Assembly: GCA_051362555.1 (NCBI GenBank) | Contig: CM120645.1 | Span: 17,422,001-17,486,000 of the forward strand | DNA length: 64,000 nt | Source: Lingula anatina | Lineage: Eukaryota; Animalia; Brachiopoda | Reading direction: 5' to 3' | Shown: positions 38,101 through 52,819 of the stretch, one piece after another | Layout: each line of letters begins with the position of its first letter | Position numbering within the stretch: the stretch's first letter is position 1 | Notes under the pieces: model-generated | What the model saw: the letters and a program-made list of their open reading frames with translations, nothing else | Told to the model about the DNA's origin: nothing | Databases searched by the model: none | Translations under genes and position numbers: made by a program

Positions 38101-41100
38101 GACTGTACCGTCAAACAGAAGGATGGTCTTGATTGGATCTGACCTTGTTTTCAATAAAGTGGCACTGTATTTTGCATCAAGGTCCTGTGTCATGCAAATA
38201 TTGGGAGATACATGAGAAGTCTCTTATTGAAAATTATTACCACCCTTACAAATAGGGCAAGCAGCTAGATTGCAGTTGAAACCAAACAGTGTTTGAAACA
38301 AAAGGTAGTTGGCTCAGTAGTATGAACACATTGTCAATGTAGATGGCCAATAGAGGGTACCGGAGGAGACAGGATTGTGCCGGAAGTTTGACATCATTTG
38401 ACGTCAAGTTGTGAAAGATGTGAACCTGAGTGGTCATTTTTAGTTGGAGGTGAATAGTAGTGAAGACATTGGCTCAGAGAAAAAAGCAGTTTTTCCAATG
38501 ACAAATAATAGCTAGGTACATGATTTGAATACGTGTTAGGAAACTTGAAGGTGCAAGATCTTGCTTAATTTGTAGTCAATTTTTTTTTAAATATATGCTG
38601 CATGGATCGACAGCGTGACAAAAAGCTTCAAGGGAAAATAATTTCCGCGATGCTGTAAATCCTTGTCATGTGGAATTTTTTGGACACAATCCTGTCTCCT
38701 CCAGTTCCCTTTATTGTACAGGAAAAACCATGTCACATATCCTTGGATTTTACTTAAGATAAGTTAAAATCTGTTAAATGCAATGTTTTGCCAAATACCG
38801 TGTCTGAAACATCTACCAGTACTAGGTACATATTATGTCAGAAAATGTAATGAGTAATTAAGAAATGGAATACCTGTAGTTCTCAGTAAATGCTGAATTA
38901 CCATCTGTGCCAGTAAATGAAAGTTTTGGGAAGGCTCATGACAGTGCTGCTCCACACACTTACTGGTTAATTGCTGGCCGCCGAAATCTATAAAAGGTCA
39001 TTTCGGTCGATGCCGGGTGGCCTGTCAGACCCTCAGCCCACCAAAAACTTCGATGCCCTTGTCGACCCCGTTTCCACTACAAAAAACCTGGTATGTGCTG
39101 CTTTGGACAGAATGTCACTGAAATTTTCCGGGCGATAATTGCTGGTCGCCGAAAGGCTTACGTATAATTGTAAAAAGGTGATATCTCCATGCCCAATATC
39201 AATGGCATACCAATCCAAAAAGACAGCCACCATCTTCTTTATGACTTTAATTGTCGTGTAATTTGACAGTAATCCTAGAGATGAATTTGACGGCAAAGCC
39301 GCCGAATTTCTACATGGTGATATCACGCAGAATGCGCAGAAAGCTTATTTTCCGGCAAATTCAATAACGACATTTGCGACAACCGACTTCGTTGGGGGTG
39401 GGTTTTTTATGTACAGATACAGATGTGTCTGTACATATTGCCATCACCTGCGTCTGTCGTCGCCGATCATGTCGCCGTCGCCGTCGCCGTGCACTTTCAG
39501 CGTTAACACCATAAGTAGAAGACAGTTTTACTTTTTGGCTTTATATTTACAGAGCTGACTAATTTTCATAAAAGGCAGGTCAAGTTCGAAAATCAGCATG
39601 ATCGGGCCATTATTGTAGAATTTATGCGGTTTTTTCACTTTTTAGCATATATGCAACACTGTTAACACATTTCAAGGAAAACCGATAGGCCTGTTGTCAT
39701 GAAACTCACAGGAGTAATCAGTCTTACTAAAACGCAGGTCAAGTTCGAAAATTGGCATGATCGGGCCACTATTTTAGTAGTTATTCTGTTTTTTCACTTT
39801 TCAGCATATATGCAACACTGTTAACACATTTCAAGGAAAACGGATAGACCTGTTGTCATGAAACTCACAGGAGTAATCAATCTTACTAAAACGCAGGTCA
39901 AGTTCGAAAATCGGCATGATCGGGCCACTATTTTACTAGTTATGCTGTTTTTTACACTTTTCAGCATATATGCAACACTGTAAACACAATATAAGAAAAA
40001 CAGATGGGCCAATTGTCATGAAAGTCACAGGAGTGGTCAATTTGACTAAAATGCAGGTTGAGTTCGTAAATCGGCATAATCGTGCCATTATTTTAGAAGG
40101 TATGCTGTTTTTTCACATTTCCTCAGATTCAATTTTTAGGCATATTAACAGTCTCATTATTAAACTAATGAGATACGTGAAAGTGTTTGTTTGACATTTC
40201 CTGCATCTTTACAACATTGTTAGTTGATTTTGTAAAAATGATGGTAAACATGTTAGCGTGTATTGTGTAATAAAGTTTCAAATATGGAAATAAACTCATA
40301 TCATTGCAGTTTGTCAGATTCAATCATTCACTATGTTCAGAATCTCAGAATGGAAGAAATTGGACATTTAACACTGCTCTATTGATATTTTTCTCATCTC
40401 ATCAATTTTCTTAGTTGATCATATAAAAATGGCAGTAAACTGTTAATTTTGTTTTATGTTAAAAATTGTTATAAATGGGGAAAAAAAACATTTCAGAACA
40501 GTGCTGTCTTGTTTACATTTTGGCATTTTCAAGTTGTGACTTTGAAGTTCCATGGGCCTGAAGTCCTTTGCTAGTCACATTTTCTGAATATCCATGATAC
40601 CAATATTTTATTATTAAAAATTGATGGTCATTATGCTGTTAAACATTATGTAATATTGTATCAAAATTTGAAAAAAACCTATTTTGGGCACTGCTCCCAT
40701 GATTACCTTTTAAGAAAAACCATGTCACTTACTGCTCTCAAACTTACAGGAGAGAAACATGGGACTAAAATACAGCTTCAGTAGGCAATGCAATCTGCCA
40801 GTTAAACAGTTTTTTTGTGAAAATTTAATTTTTCACATATTGGCATTTTCAAGGTGTGACTTTGAAGTTCCACAGGCTTGAAGACCCAGGCTAGTCACAT
40901 TTTCTGAAAATCCATGATACATATATTTTGTTATTAAAAATTGATTGTCATTATGGTCATTATGCTGCTAACCATTATGTAATATTGCATCAGAATAGAA
41001 GAAAACACAATTTTGGGTGCTGCTGCCATGATGACCATTATAGGAAAACCATGTTACTTATGATTGCCAAACTTTCAAAAAAGAAATACAGGACTAAAAT

Positions 41101-44100
41101 GCAGCCTGAGTTGGAAAAGCAGTCTAATTGACTTCTTTTTCTGGAAGTTTTACATTTTCAAAGTGTGAACTTGAACTCCCATGGGCCTGAAGCCTTATGC
41201 TTGTTTCACATTTTACTTACATTGGTATTACCTGTTGAGCATAATTAAAATTTGATGTTGAATTTGCAGTTTAACATAATGTACTTTTGCATCAGAATTG
41301 TTATTTCCTGCTTTTTGTCTGTACATTTGACAGCTTTGCTGCCTTGCTCCAGAGAACGGATGAAAATTGGTGGGCGCGCAAGATGTCATCCATAAAAATA
41401 AAAAAGGTGTGGCCTTACTGAAAAGTTTCATAGGACTGAAGTGCAGCTTGTGTTGGAAAAATAGTGTGATTGTTTTCTGTTTTGGAAGCAATTCAGTTCT
41501 ATAGAGTGCTATATGGTGCTACTGTATATTGATGGTGGTCAGTATGTAATTGTCCTTTGGTTAATCACTTGCTAAATTCAGGGCTATTAAGTCACTTGCC
41601 TTATTAACTTTCAAGTGCCCATTAAATGAGATTACTTAAAGCACTTTGAGATTTCCTCATAAAGTCCCATAGGTTTAGCTCTCTTAACTGTGTCACATAA
41701 TTAGGAATCAGTGATAATTATGCAGGTAAATGTTGTTTAATTTTGCAAATAGGTTTACAAAGAAAAAATTTTGTGTAACGCCAACATTAATGCTAGAGAT
41801 GAATATCAGTGCCTTATTATTCTCAAACCCAATGGGGTTATTCATATCATGTTAATACAGCTAGATTAAAAGTTTGAATAGCAGCTTTATTGGAATTTTT
41901 GTTATGTTTTATTTAATTTTTTTAATTATTTTTCAAACACTAGCATCTTCAAGATGTGACTTTTAACTCCCATCCACCAGAAGCTCTGTGCATTTTTTGC
42001 ATTTCCCCATGAGCAATTGTATTGGTTTTTATGTCTTTAAACATTATGTAATATCTTTTTTTTTCACTGTCATCTTTTTCACATATTGGGATTTTCATTA
42101 TGTGAATTTGAACCCTCATGGTCCTGAAACTCTAATCTTATTGCAGGGATGGATTGATACTGTCTTCTGGGTCTTCCAGAAGATGGGTATCTATTTTTTT
42201 CTGTTGAAAAACCATCAAAAATGGAGGATGGACCAACAAATATAACTTGGAATACTGTCAGAAATACTGATAGGATACGCTCCTATTATTGACCATGCTA
42301 CCTGTTGTGCATGATTAAAATTCAGTGTTGATTTAGTGTGCTTTTATAAGCATTATTTATTCTTGCATCAAAATTGACAAAATTACCTATTTTCTGCATC
42401 TTTATTTTCTGTTTTTTGTCTGTACATTTGACAGCTTTGCTGCCTTGTTTTACTAGCCTTTTTATTGTTTTTTCATGTATTATAAAGTTTACAGAACAAA
42501 TTTGAATTTTAGACTCAAATATTATTATTATTATCATAAATAGTAATTCACTCCATTGGAAATAGTTCTTCATCACTACATATTGTATACAGTGTAGAAA
42601 AATCAGGTGTAAGTGTAGTAAACAGCAATATCCATTTTAAATTATGAATTTTTCTATTACTGTACAGCTATTAGTAACAATTTAAATTGATGTTTTTTAA
42701 AATTAAAATTTAGGTCATGACACAACAGCCAGTGGATTATCCTGGACAATTTACCTCTTGGCCAATCATCCAGAGCACCAACAGAAATGCCAGGAAGAAA
42801 TTGATGAAGTCATGCAAGGCAGGGATGAAATCCAGTGGTGTGTTTGTTAGTTTTTGATTAGTAATTCTAGTAAACTCATTCAAAGTAACTTTTGATTTCA
42901 CAGGGAGAGAAATCAAATTTCTCAACACTTGTCCATTTTTTAAAATTAGAATGTATCTGTCTAATGTTTATTAAATAAGCCATTGATGAAGCTGTTAGGC
43001 TAAAGTGTCCTATTTTCAGTCAGGGTGAGAATTACCTTTAAAGGGATAATAACTCTTCGCATGAGGTCTATATTTCACAATAAAAACATTGTGAATAACT
43101 CACAGAAATATAATATATTCTGTTTTACGACAAAAACAGCAGTTATAGCTATTATTCTGATATCTGACCTTGTCTTCAGACCATGTGACCTCCATTGATG
43201 ACTTTACGCTGTTATAATCTCTTAAGAGATTTTAACAAAAAACCAAACTTTTTAGAAAAAAAACAGGGACTAACTTTGAATGTAAAAATGGATTCATTAA
43301 CCATTGGTAAGTATAGGAAAATTGTTGTTTACTCCAGGAAAATTCATTTTTTGGCCAAAACGAAGAGTTATTATCCCTTTATTATCCCTTTGCATGTTTA
43401 TTCAATTTTTATATACAGACATAATGGATAATATTTTATATATTTTCTGATCGCCATGTTGCCATTGCTGTTACCTTCACTATCTGAAACATCAGTCTCA
43501 ACTACTGCCATTTTACTATTACATCTGAATGCAGCTGTAGTTCTGAGCAAACTTAACACCAAATAATGACAGCTGACACATTCAAATGGCACAAGTGCAA
43601 AAAGTTTTCACATAACAGGCCGAGATAGTAACACCTTACATAATTATCTTTAAAATACATAGATATTCCATTAATTACGATTGTTGGGAAAGTAAACATG
43701 GTAGAATTAGGTCAGTATCTCATGTGACCTATTTTTATTATGTTTGAGTTGGAAAGTTGGCAGTAAAGTCAACTTAATTCACAAATGTATAATTAATTAA
43801 ATATATTCTTGTGAGGTGTGGAAAATATATAGTATGTATAAGCCTGATAGTGGGGTGGCTTAGGGTTAAAAAAAATGGCCGAATCGTGACACGGTGGATA
43901 AAAGCACCAAATTTGGCATGTGGTTACTTTTTGACATTCTAAATCAAATAAGAGCTGTAGCCCTCCAAAAAGTTTTATCATTTGGTCCAAAAACCCAAAA
44001 TGGCCACCTGTTTATAGAATTCTATAGAAATATATAATACCTATATTGATTTTTATCACATTAAGTATTTTCTCAGTGTTTTCCACATCCTTGTTACCCA

Positions 44101-47100
44101 TTTTATGCATATATGTCAGGTAGCAAACGTGTTTCCTTGGACTTTTTCAAAAAAACAAGAAGGCCACCGTATGCTATAGGTAAAAATGTGAAAATTTCGT
44201 CAGTCTTGAAAATTTGTCAGAAGACTATTTTCCGCCAACGTAAATTTTTTAACCTTTAAAATTTCATTGAACTTGAAAGTGGACCTCTCTATAATTTTGA
44301 AAAGTTCGTCACCTTGATGGCTGTGCTAAATGAGGTAGACACAATGAAAAAATTAAGATATTATCTTGAAGGGAAATGTACCAGTCACTTCTATTCACTA
44401 TGTCCTCAGTCTACAACTGGGAATGGCCCCTTGGGCAACAACTGAGGACATCAAGATTCTGCCTCCATTAACTTCAACAGAAAATAGTCAAAAATAAAGC
44501 ACACAACTTTTATATGAAAAATTTTTATAATGATGACCATATTGGAAAAAAACTGCCATAAAACATATTCCAAGACTTTCATTTTTCTTGATTTTTGAAA
44601 TTAGATATACAGCCTCTAGGGATGACAACTGTTCATATGATATTCATATTTCACAATAAATACATTATAAACAACTCACAGAAATATTACAAATCCATTT
44701 TACCACCAAAATGGCAGTTGACACAATTGTTCTGGAATTTGTGCTTGCCAATACATCACGTGACCTCAATAGCTGATGGCTACACTCAGTAATAATCTCT
44801 TAAGAGAATATTGCAAAAAATCAAACTTTTTAGATAAAAAAGACAGGGACTAACTTTGGATGTTGGAATAGATTCATTATCCATTGGTAAGTATGGGAAA
44901 ATTGTCCTTTATCACAGAAAAGTCCATTTTTTGGCCAAAATGAACAGTTATCCCCAGTGTTTGCCTCTTAGGAAAATTAGTTGCTGGACCGAAAGTCCAG
45001 CCATCTTGAAAAGTAGCTGGACTAAATGTCTGCTGGGTGGGATAACTTCTCAGCCCGTTCTGAAAGTTGTCAGCCCCGGGCAGACGGTCCAGCCTTAATT
45101 TTTAACACTGGTTATCCCTTTAAAAACAAACAATTTTTTGCAATTAGTCTTGAGTAAGGCCATATTTTTCAACTCCATATTTACCTTAAATTTTAAAAGT
45201 AGAGTGTATATAAGAAAATTTCCAGTTACTGACTTTTTTCCAGGGAAGACCTGCCAAAGTTGAAGTACTTGGGTCTTTGTCTGAAAGAGGCAATGCGCCA
45301 TTATCCTCCAGTTGCCGGGATTTCTAGGAAACTAGAAAAAGATATTGAAATAATGGGGAAGAAGGTAACTGCAGGGACCAATGTCCAACTGCCTATTTGG
45401 ATTTTGCACCACAGCAGCCATGTCTGGGGAGATGATGTCATGGTAAGATGTTGAATTACCTTTTATGTTGAGTAATTTGTATACCAGTAGAATTATTTCT
45501 ATTAAGGGTAAAGAGACATAGATTTGGATTTCTGTTATTATGTAATAGCAGCGTAGGCACTAGCGGTATACACATGGTTTTAGTCCTGACCCATCTTGTC
45601 TGCCGAATCCATCTGCTGCCCAGTTACTGTTACTCCTAGACTACAAGAGCCTGTGTACCCATCTCTTGGATTTAGGTCACATATAATCTCGACTCCATCC
45701 ACGTAAATTTTGGGCTTTGTCGGTGCTGGGGTCTAGGTGTGGCGCTCGTTGCAATGCACCCTTGTCTAAAATATCTCCCAAAACAAAGGAATTTGTCATT
45801 AAATTTTGAAACGTCAGGAAAATATAACATAAGGCTTAGTGAGGGACAGACAACTTCCTGTCAAAAATGACAGAATTTCATGAAATGCGAACATCCAGAA
45901 TTTCTGAGCACAACCCATATCATGAATTTCAATCAGAATTATCTTTCCTATATTTCAATCTATTTCTTCTGTACGAAATTCATGATACATTACTGAAACT
46001 CAACCCTAGGTTCTAGATTTAAGTATTGCCACCTCGATCTTGATTTCAGATATAAACCACATCAACAATACTGACTCTAGCAACTACCGGCATACTGGGG
46101 GCATGTTTGGCAAAATTTTGTCTGGGGTAGTTTCATATTTGGAAGTTAGATGTCTCGTAAGTCACAGCTCTGTCCTGCCTACAGCTGCCTTTCCCAACAT
46201 TTTAGTCCCTTATATCTCCAAAACTGGCAGTGATAGGCCATAATTACTATTGAACTTGAATAGGAAGTCATACACTGACAATCAAACTGTGATCTAACTT
46301 TGCAAGGTTTCTGTCCCTTATATCTCCAAAACTGGCAGAGATACGCACACAGGTACCATTGAACTTGGATAGGTAGATATATACTGGTAATCTAACTTTG
46401 ACCTTGAAATTAAACTTTGTCCTACTTTTCACCATGAACTGAATTTTGCAACTTTTCTTTCCCTTATATCTCCAAAACTGGCAGGGATATTCCCATAGTT
46501 ACAGTACCATTGAACTTGAACAAAAAGTCATATACTGGCAATCTTATTGTGAGCTTAAAATTGACCTTTGTCCCACTATTTGCTATTAACTGCACTTCAC
46601 GAATTTGGATTTAAACTTTAACTTTTCTCCATGATTTTGTTTTAAATGGAAATTTTCAACAAAAATATTGAGAACTCTTGTTTACTGCATTTTGTAGAGC
46701 TTGTCAAGCACAACACTGGAGGTGGTGGCCCTTTTTTTGTTTTCCATACTAATGCACTTACTCCAGATTTTGGCACAATACCCAGAGGTGGTATCAAATC
46801 TCTGATCCTCTAGTGCAACTAATACAACTTTAAACACTTGTTGCTTAGGTAATATATGCTGTCTAACAACTGTTGCTGAGGCTTATTTCATTTTTTAATG
46901 GCTTGAAATAGTCTACTGATAGTTCTGAAGTTCTGAAGCATTATTACCAGCATTGTTAAATCATTTAAACTGGACAAGAAAGCGCAGGTCTTATTACATG
47001 TAGCTTGTTACTAAGGTAATTCACTTCCCGGCTTAGCAATGGTTGTACCAAGTTTCATGCTTTTTCCATCCTCTGAGCAATTTTTATACCAATCACATGC

Positions 47101-50100
47101 ACTAATGTGTACTAGTACATTTAAAATTGACACTCCTTTTTGTCTGCAGGGCAGAAACCATGAAATAATTTCCCATTGATGACCATACTAAGAAATGCCT
47201 GCAAAACTGCATGAACAAAATTACTGGGTCAAACATTTCCCATCCCCATGGACAGCAGACACACTGATATAACTCCCAATGGCACAAAAATATACTGTCA
47301 TCAGACATTATTTCTTACCGGCATTACTTGAACATGTGCACCCCTCTGTTTGTAAACAAACCACTGCACCACTCAGAGCCAGTAGCCCCCTCCACCACAG
47401 GTCTCACGACTGCACAGCACCTGTGCCTGGTCCTGAAAAAAATTGCCAGAAGTTTACACCCTAGCCTGCTAGTTGATACCAAAATTATTCCCAGCAACAC
47501 ACAAGAAATGCCAGGAAAAAAGCACTAATTTTCTCTCACTGAACGACAAATAACAGTCAGTGATTGGTTTATTTAGTGGCTTAAATTCGGCCTGCATGGT
47601 GACAGGTTATATAGATGCTGACATATGGGTTATTAACATGTTTCAGGAATTTAAACCAGAAAGATTCCTTCCAGAAAATTTCAAGAATGTCAACCCATTT
47701 GGATACATTCCTTTTTCCGCTGGACCGAGGTAAGCCTTTTATAAAAAATATATGTAAACAATTTAGTGTTTATTGCACTGTTGTCTTTCAACTAAACAGT
47801 TTAAATTGTATGACAGCATTTCCACTTAGAGGAGAGAAGACTTAATAAGGCCTATTAAGCCTTTTCCATGTTCTCAACCATGCCAGAAAAATACCATTAG
47901 TACATCAACAGATTATAAAAAACTTATTTCATTGTAGAAATTGCATTGGCCAGAATTTTGCAAACAATGAAGAAAAGGTTGTGATGGCCAGGATTCTGCA
48001 TAAGTAAGTTTGTTCAGTATTGGCATTTTTATGTTATTGCATAAAGGTCTCTTGGTAATATTTGAAAAACTTTTATAGTTTGCTAACAGTATTTTGTATT
48101 TAATTATGGGTATCATCAATGACCTAATTCTGCCATTGCATTTGTTGTTTATCAGTGTTAGAAGTGACCGCAGACTTTTGAAAGCATGTGTAAAGTAATG
48201 GTTTCACTATCCCATCTAAAAGTTGGAAGAAAATTACAAAAAATAAATGAAATTGATTCTTTCTTCTTATAAATGATTATGAGTCATTTTCGACAAATTT
48301 AGGACAAAACTATAACACAATGTTTTCAAGATTGCAACAATAGTACATTAGGGTACATACATGTATTTTAACAGTTCTGTATAGTGGTAAACAGTAAACT
48401 GACCCGCTGAAGTTGGTAGCGAGATTATAAAGTGGTGATTTTTGAAGGGTTAGTCTGGTGATTTCCGTCATGAACAATCTCCTAGACTAGCACAGTGTAG
48501 TAGACCGATATATTAAAACCAAGAATTGATTAGTGGACCTTTAACCTACATTTCACCATGAACTGCACTTAGCAAATTTAGAGATACCCCATATAACCAT
48601 AGTTACTATTGAACTTGAATAAGAAATCATTTATTGATTATCTTACTGTGACCTTGAATTCGACCTTTGACCTTCTTTGTCCATCCTTCAATTTCCAAGC
48701 TCTTATACTTTTGAACTTGGATGGGAAGTCTTACATTAAATTTTGCAATCTTACTGCAACCTTGGATTTGGCCTTTTACTTTTCCCCACTATTTTGTTAT
48801 AAATTGCAATTTTCTGCAAAAAAATCTATTAGGAATTTTCAGTAAATTATATGTTGCTAGGATTTAAGGCTGATTATCACTTATCTGTGAAAAAAATTAT
48901 ATGTCTATTGAATTTGTAAGTTACATGCAACCTTTCGAGAATACGGCCCCTGCACATTAGTGCATTTGTCTGTAGTAAATTTTTGTCTGGGGATAGCCAA
49001 CACAATTTTACATATTTTTTTCATTTTAAAATTTTTTGTAGGCAGATCTGATAGGGCCAGAATGGACTGATTTGATTTTTAGAGCAGCAGGAGGTTGAAG
49101 CTGTCCATTGGGGTTGTTGTTTCTTAATTTTTTGTTTCTTAATGCTTTTTACAATGTCATTTCTGCTATCTCCTCCTATACTGCAAGGAAATTTAGGCAT
49201 TAAATAGAATTATATTCAGGGATGTGCATGGGCACTTATTATTTACTGTGCATCTTGTGGTTGGTCTGTCTCTGGGGGTGGTTGACTTTTGATTCTTTTC
49301 ATGTTGTAATTTCTGTTTACCCCCCCTGGACCATTATAATGAGGAAGTTCAGTCTTTGAGACAGAGTGACCTATTGTCATAGATGTACATGGGCCCCTTG
49401 GGGTTGTGCTGTCCCGAGGGGAAGGGATGATTCTAATTATATTTTGCCTTGTCTGTGCACAGCATTACACAAAAAGGATGGATTGTGATGAAGTTTTCGG
49501 TATAAGACATAAATGGGCAAAAAAAGGATTAGATATCAATGATGATTGATTAATTAATGGTTAATTATTTGTCTTGCTTATTAATTTTGTTGGATATAGC
49601 CTATAAATATAAAACTTTAAATTATAATGCAGATGTATTTTCATTCAAACAGGGCATATCACATATCAAATGACTCTTATTTGTGCACTCCATATTTTTA
49701 AATATATATCTGCGTTTTAAAAACCAATTTTACAAGGTTCTTTGCTTTCTAAGCAATTTCATTTTTCTTTTCACATATTGTAATAACCTGCCTGTGGTTA
49801 TATTTGGGTTCTTTGATTCACTTTGCACCAGTAAGACAACTGAGACAAGCAGGTGTAGTTTCTGCTACTTGTTATAATTGGCTGACTGTGTTAACGCAGG
49901 TCTCTGCTCTCTCTCTCCATCTCTCTCTCTCACTGTATATGTCTATATCTATATGCCTATGCCTCTCTATGTGTCTCCTCCCCCTCTGTGGCTTGGTCAC
50001 AAACTGCTTTTTTATGTACAGACACAGATGTGTCTGTACATATAGCCGTCACCTGCGTCTGTCGTCGCCGTTGCTGTTGCCGTTGGCGTGCACTTTTACC

Positions 50101-52722
50101 GTAAACACGATAAGTGGAAAACGTTTTTACATTTTGACTTGAAACTTACAGAACTGATGAATATTCATAATATTCAGGTCAAGTTCGAAAATCAGCATGA
50201 TCGGGCCATTTTTAGGGAAGTTATGCTGTTTTTTCACTTTTTTCAGCATATGTGCAACACCGTAAACACGATAAGTGGAAAACCGTTTTACCTTTTGGTT
50301 TGAAACTTACAGAACTGATGAATTTGTATAATACACAGGTCAAGTTCGAAAATCAGCATGATCGGGTCATTTTTAGGGAAGTTATGCTGTTTTTTCACTT
50401 TTTTCAGCATATATGCAACACCGTAAACACGATAAGTGGAAAACCGTTTTACCTTTTGGTTTGAAACTTACAGAACTGATGAATTTGTATAATACACAGG
50501 TCAAGTTCGAAAATCAGCATGATCGGGTCATTTTTAGGGAAGTTATGCTGTTTTTTCACTTTTTTCAGCATATATGCAACACCGTAAACACGATAAGTGG
50601 AAAACCGTTTTACCTTTTGGTTTGAAACTTACAGAACTGATGAATTTGTATAATACACAGGTCAAGTTCGAAAATCAGCATGATCGGGTCATTTTTAGGG
50701 AAGTTTTGCTTTTTTTTCACTTTTTTCAGCATATATGCAACACCGTAAACACGATAAGTGGAAAACCGTTTTACCTTTTGGTTTGAAACTTACAGAACTG
50801 ATGAATTTGTATAAAACGCAGGTCAAGTTCGAAAATCAGCATGATTGGGTCATTTTTAGGGAAGTTATGCTTTTTTTTCACATTTTCTCTGATTCAATTC
50901 TTAGGCATGTTAATAGTCTCATTATTGAACTAATAAGATATGTAAAAGTGTTTTTTTTTTTTTTTGACATTTCCTGCATCTTTACAACATTGTTAGTTGA
51001 TTATGTAAAAATGATGGTAAACTTGTTATCGTGTATTGTGTAATGAAGTGTCAAAAATGGAAATAAACACATATCATTGCAGTTTGTCAGATTCAATCAT
51101 CCACTATGTTCAGAATCTCAGAATGGAGGAAATTGGACATTTAATACTATTCTATTGATATTTTTCCCATCTCATCAATTTTCTTAGTTGGTCATATAAA
51201 AATGGCAGTAAACTGTTAATTTTGTTTTATGTTAAAAAAGTGTTAAAATGGAAATAAACCCATTTCAGAAAAGTGCTGTCTTGTTTACATTTTGGCATTT
51301 TCAAGGTGTGACTTTGAAGTTCCATGGGCCTGAAGACCTTTGCTAGTCACATTTTCTGAATATCCATGTTACTAATATTCTATTATTAAAAATTGATGGT
51401 CATTATGCTGTTAAACATTATGTAATGTTACATTAAAATTTGAAGAAACCCCTATTTTGGGCACTGCTCCCATGATGAGCACTTAAGGAATATCATGTCA
51501 CTTACTGTTCTCAAACTTACAGGAAAGAAACATGGGACTAAAATACAGCTTCAGTAGGAAATGTAGTCTGTTTGGTAAATTTTTCTGGCAGTTAAACAGT
51601 TTTTTGTGAAAATTTCATTTTTCACATATTGGCATTTTCAAGGTGTGACTTAGAACCTCCACGGGCTTGAAGACCCATGCTACTAGTAGTCACATTTTCT
51701 GAAAATCCATGATACGTGCATATTATTATTAAAAATTGATGGTCATTATGCTGTTAAGTATTATGTAATGTTGCATCTAAATAGAAGAAAACACAATTTT
51801 TGGTGCTGCTGCCATGATAACCATTATGGGAAAACCGTGTTACTTATGACTGTCAAACTTTCAAAAAAGAAACACAGGACTAAAATGCAGCCTGAGTTGG
51901 AAAAGCAGTCTAATTGGCTTCTTTTTCTGGAAGTTATACATTTTAGTGAAAAATTCATTATTATCGTGTTGGCATATTCATTGTGGGACTCGGAGCTCCC
52001 ATGGACATGAAGCCGAATAGTAATCAAATTTTCTAAATGCCCATGCTATTTATAGTTAATAATCAAAAATTGGTGATAATTATTATATAATTTATTATGT
52101 AATGTTACATCAAAATTGACAAAAATCTTTTTGCACTGCTACTGCAAACATTATGAAAAGAAAACTGTGTTACTTATTATTATTTTTAACATACAAGTAT
52201 GATTTTTAGGATTGGCATGCAGTTCAAATTAGAAAGCCAGCTCAATTGGGTTATCTTTTATCATTGAATTCATGCAATTTTGTGTGAAATTTTCATTTTT
52301 CTCATTCTGGCACTTTCAAAGTATAAACTTGAACTCTGATGGGCCTGAAGCCTTATGCTTTTACTTTCTTTGGTGTTACCTGTTGTGCATAATTAAAATT
52401 TGATGTTGACTGTGCAGTTAAACATAATGTATTGCATCAGAATTGGTAGTCTCCTATTTTGTGCATTATTGTTATGTGCTTTTCTTAAGATGTGACTTAT
52501 GGGCCTGAAAGATCTTTGAGAGGGTCAGTCTGTAAATTTCCCTTGGGTATCACTTACCTAAGTTCAGAGTTATAAAGTCATTAATAGGCCATTAAATGAG
52601 ATTACATAAAGCACACTTGTTGATATTTCCCTGTAAACTCCCAAAGGTTAAGCTCTCTGCTAGATTAATAATAAGTAAGCAGTGATAATTATGCAGGTAA
52701 ATTTTGTTTAATATTGCAAATA

Positions 52723-52819
<97 letters not shown>

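Noticed and set aside
38950-39400. GC-rich segment with repeated AATTGCTGG(C/T)CGCCGAAA, considered as an ncRNA or exon
   Set aside because: No tRNA or rRNA features and no exon is needed here; most likely a TE fragment whose termini I could not define.
50088-51043. Repeated 70-102-aa ORFs ([10 protein letters not shown]...) that could suggest a tandem peptide gene family or a CRISPR-like array
   Set aside because: They arise from a 161-bp tandem repeat (not a multiple of 3) inside a TE, with no unique spacers, no cas genes and a eukaryotic context.
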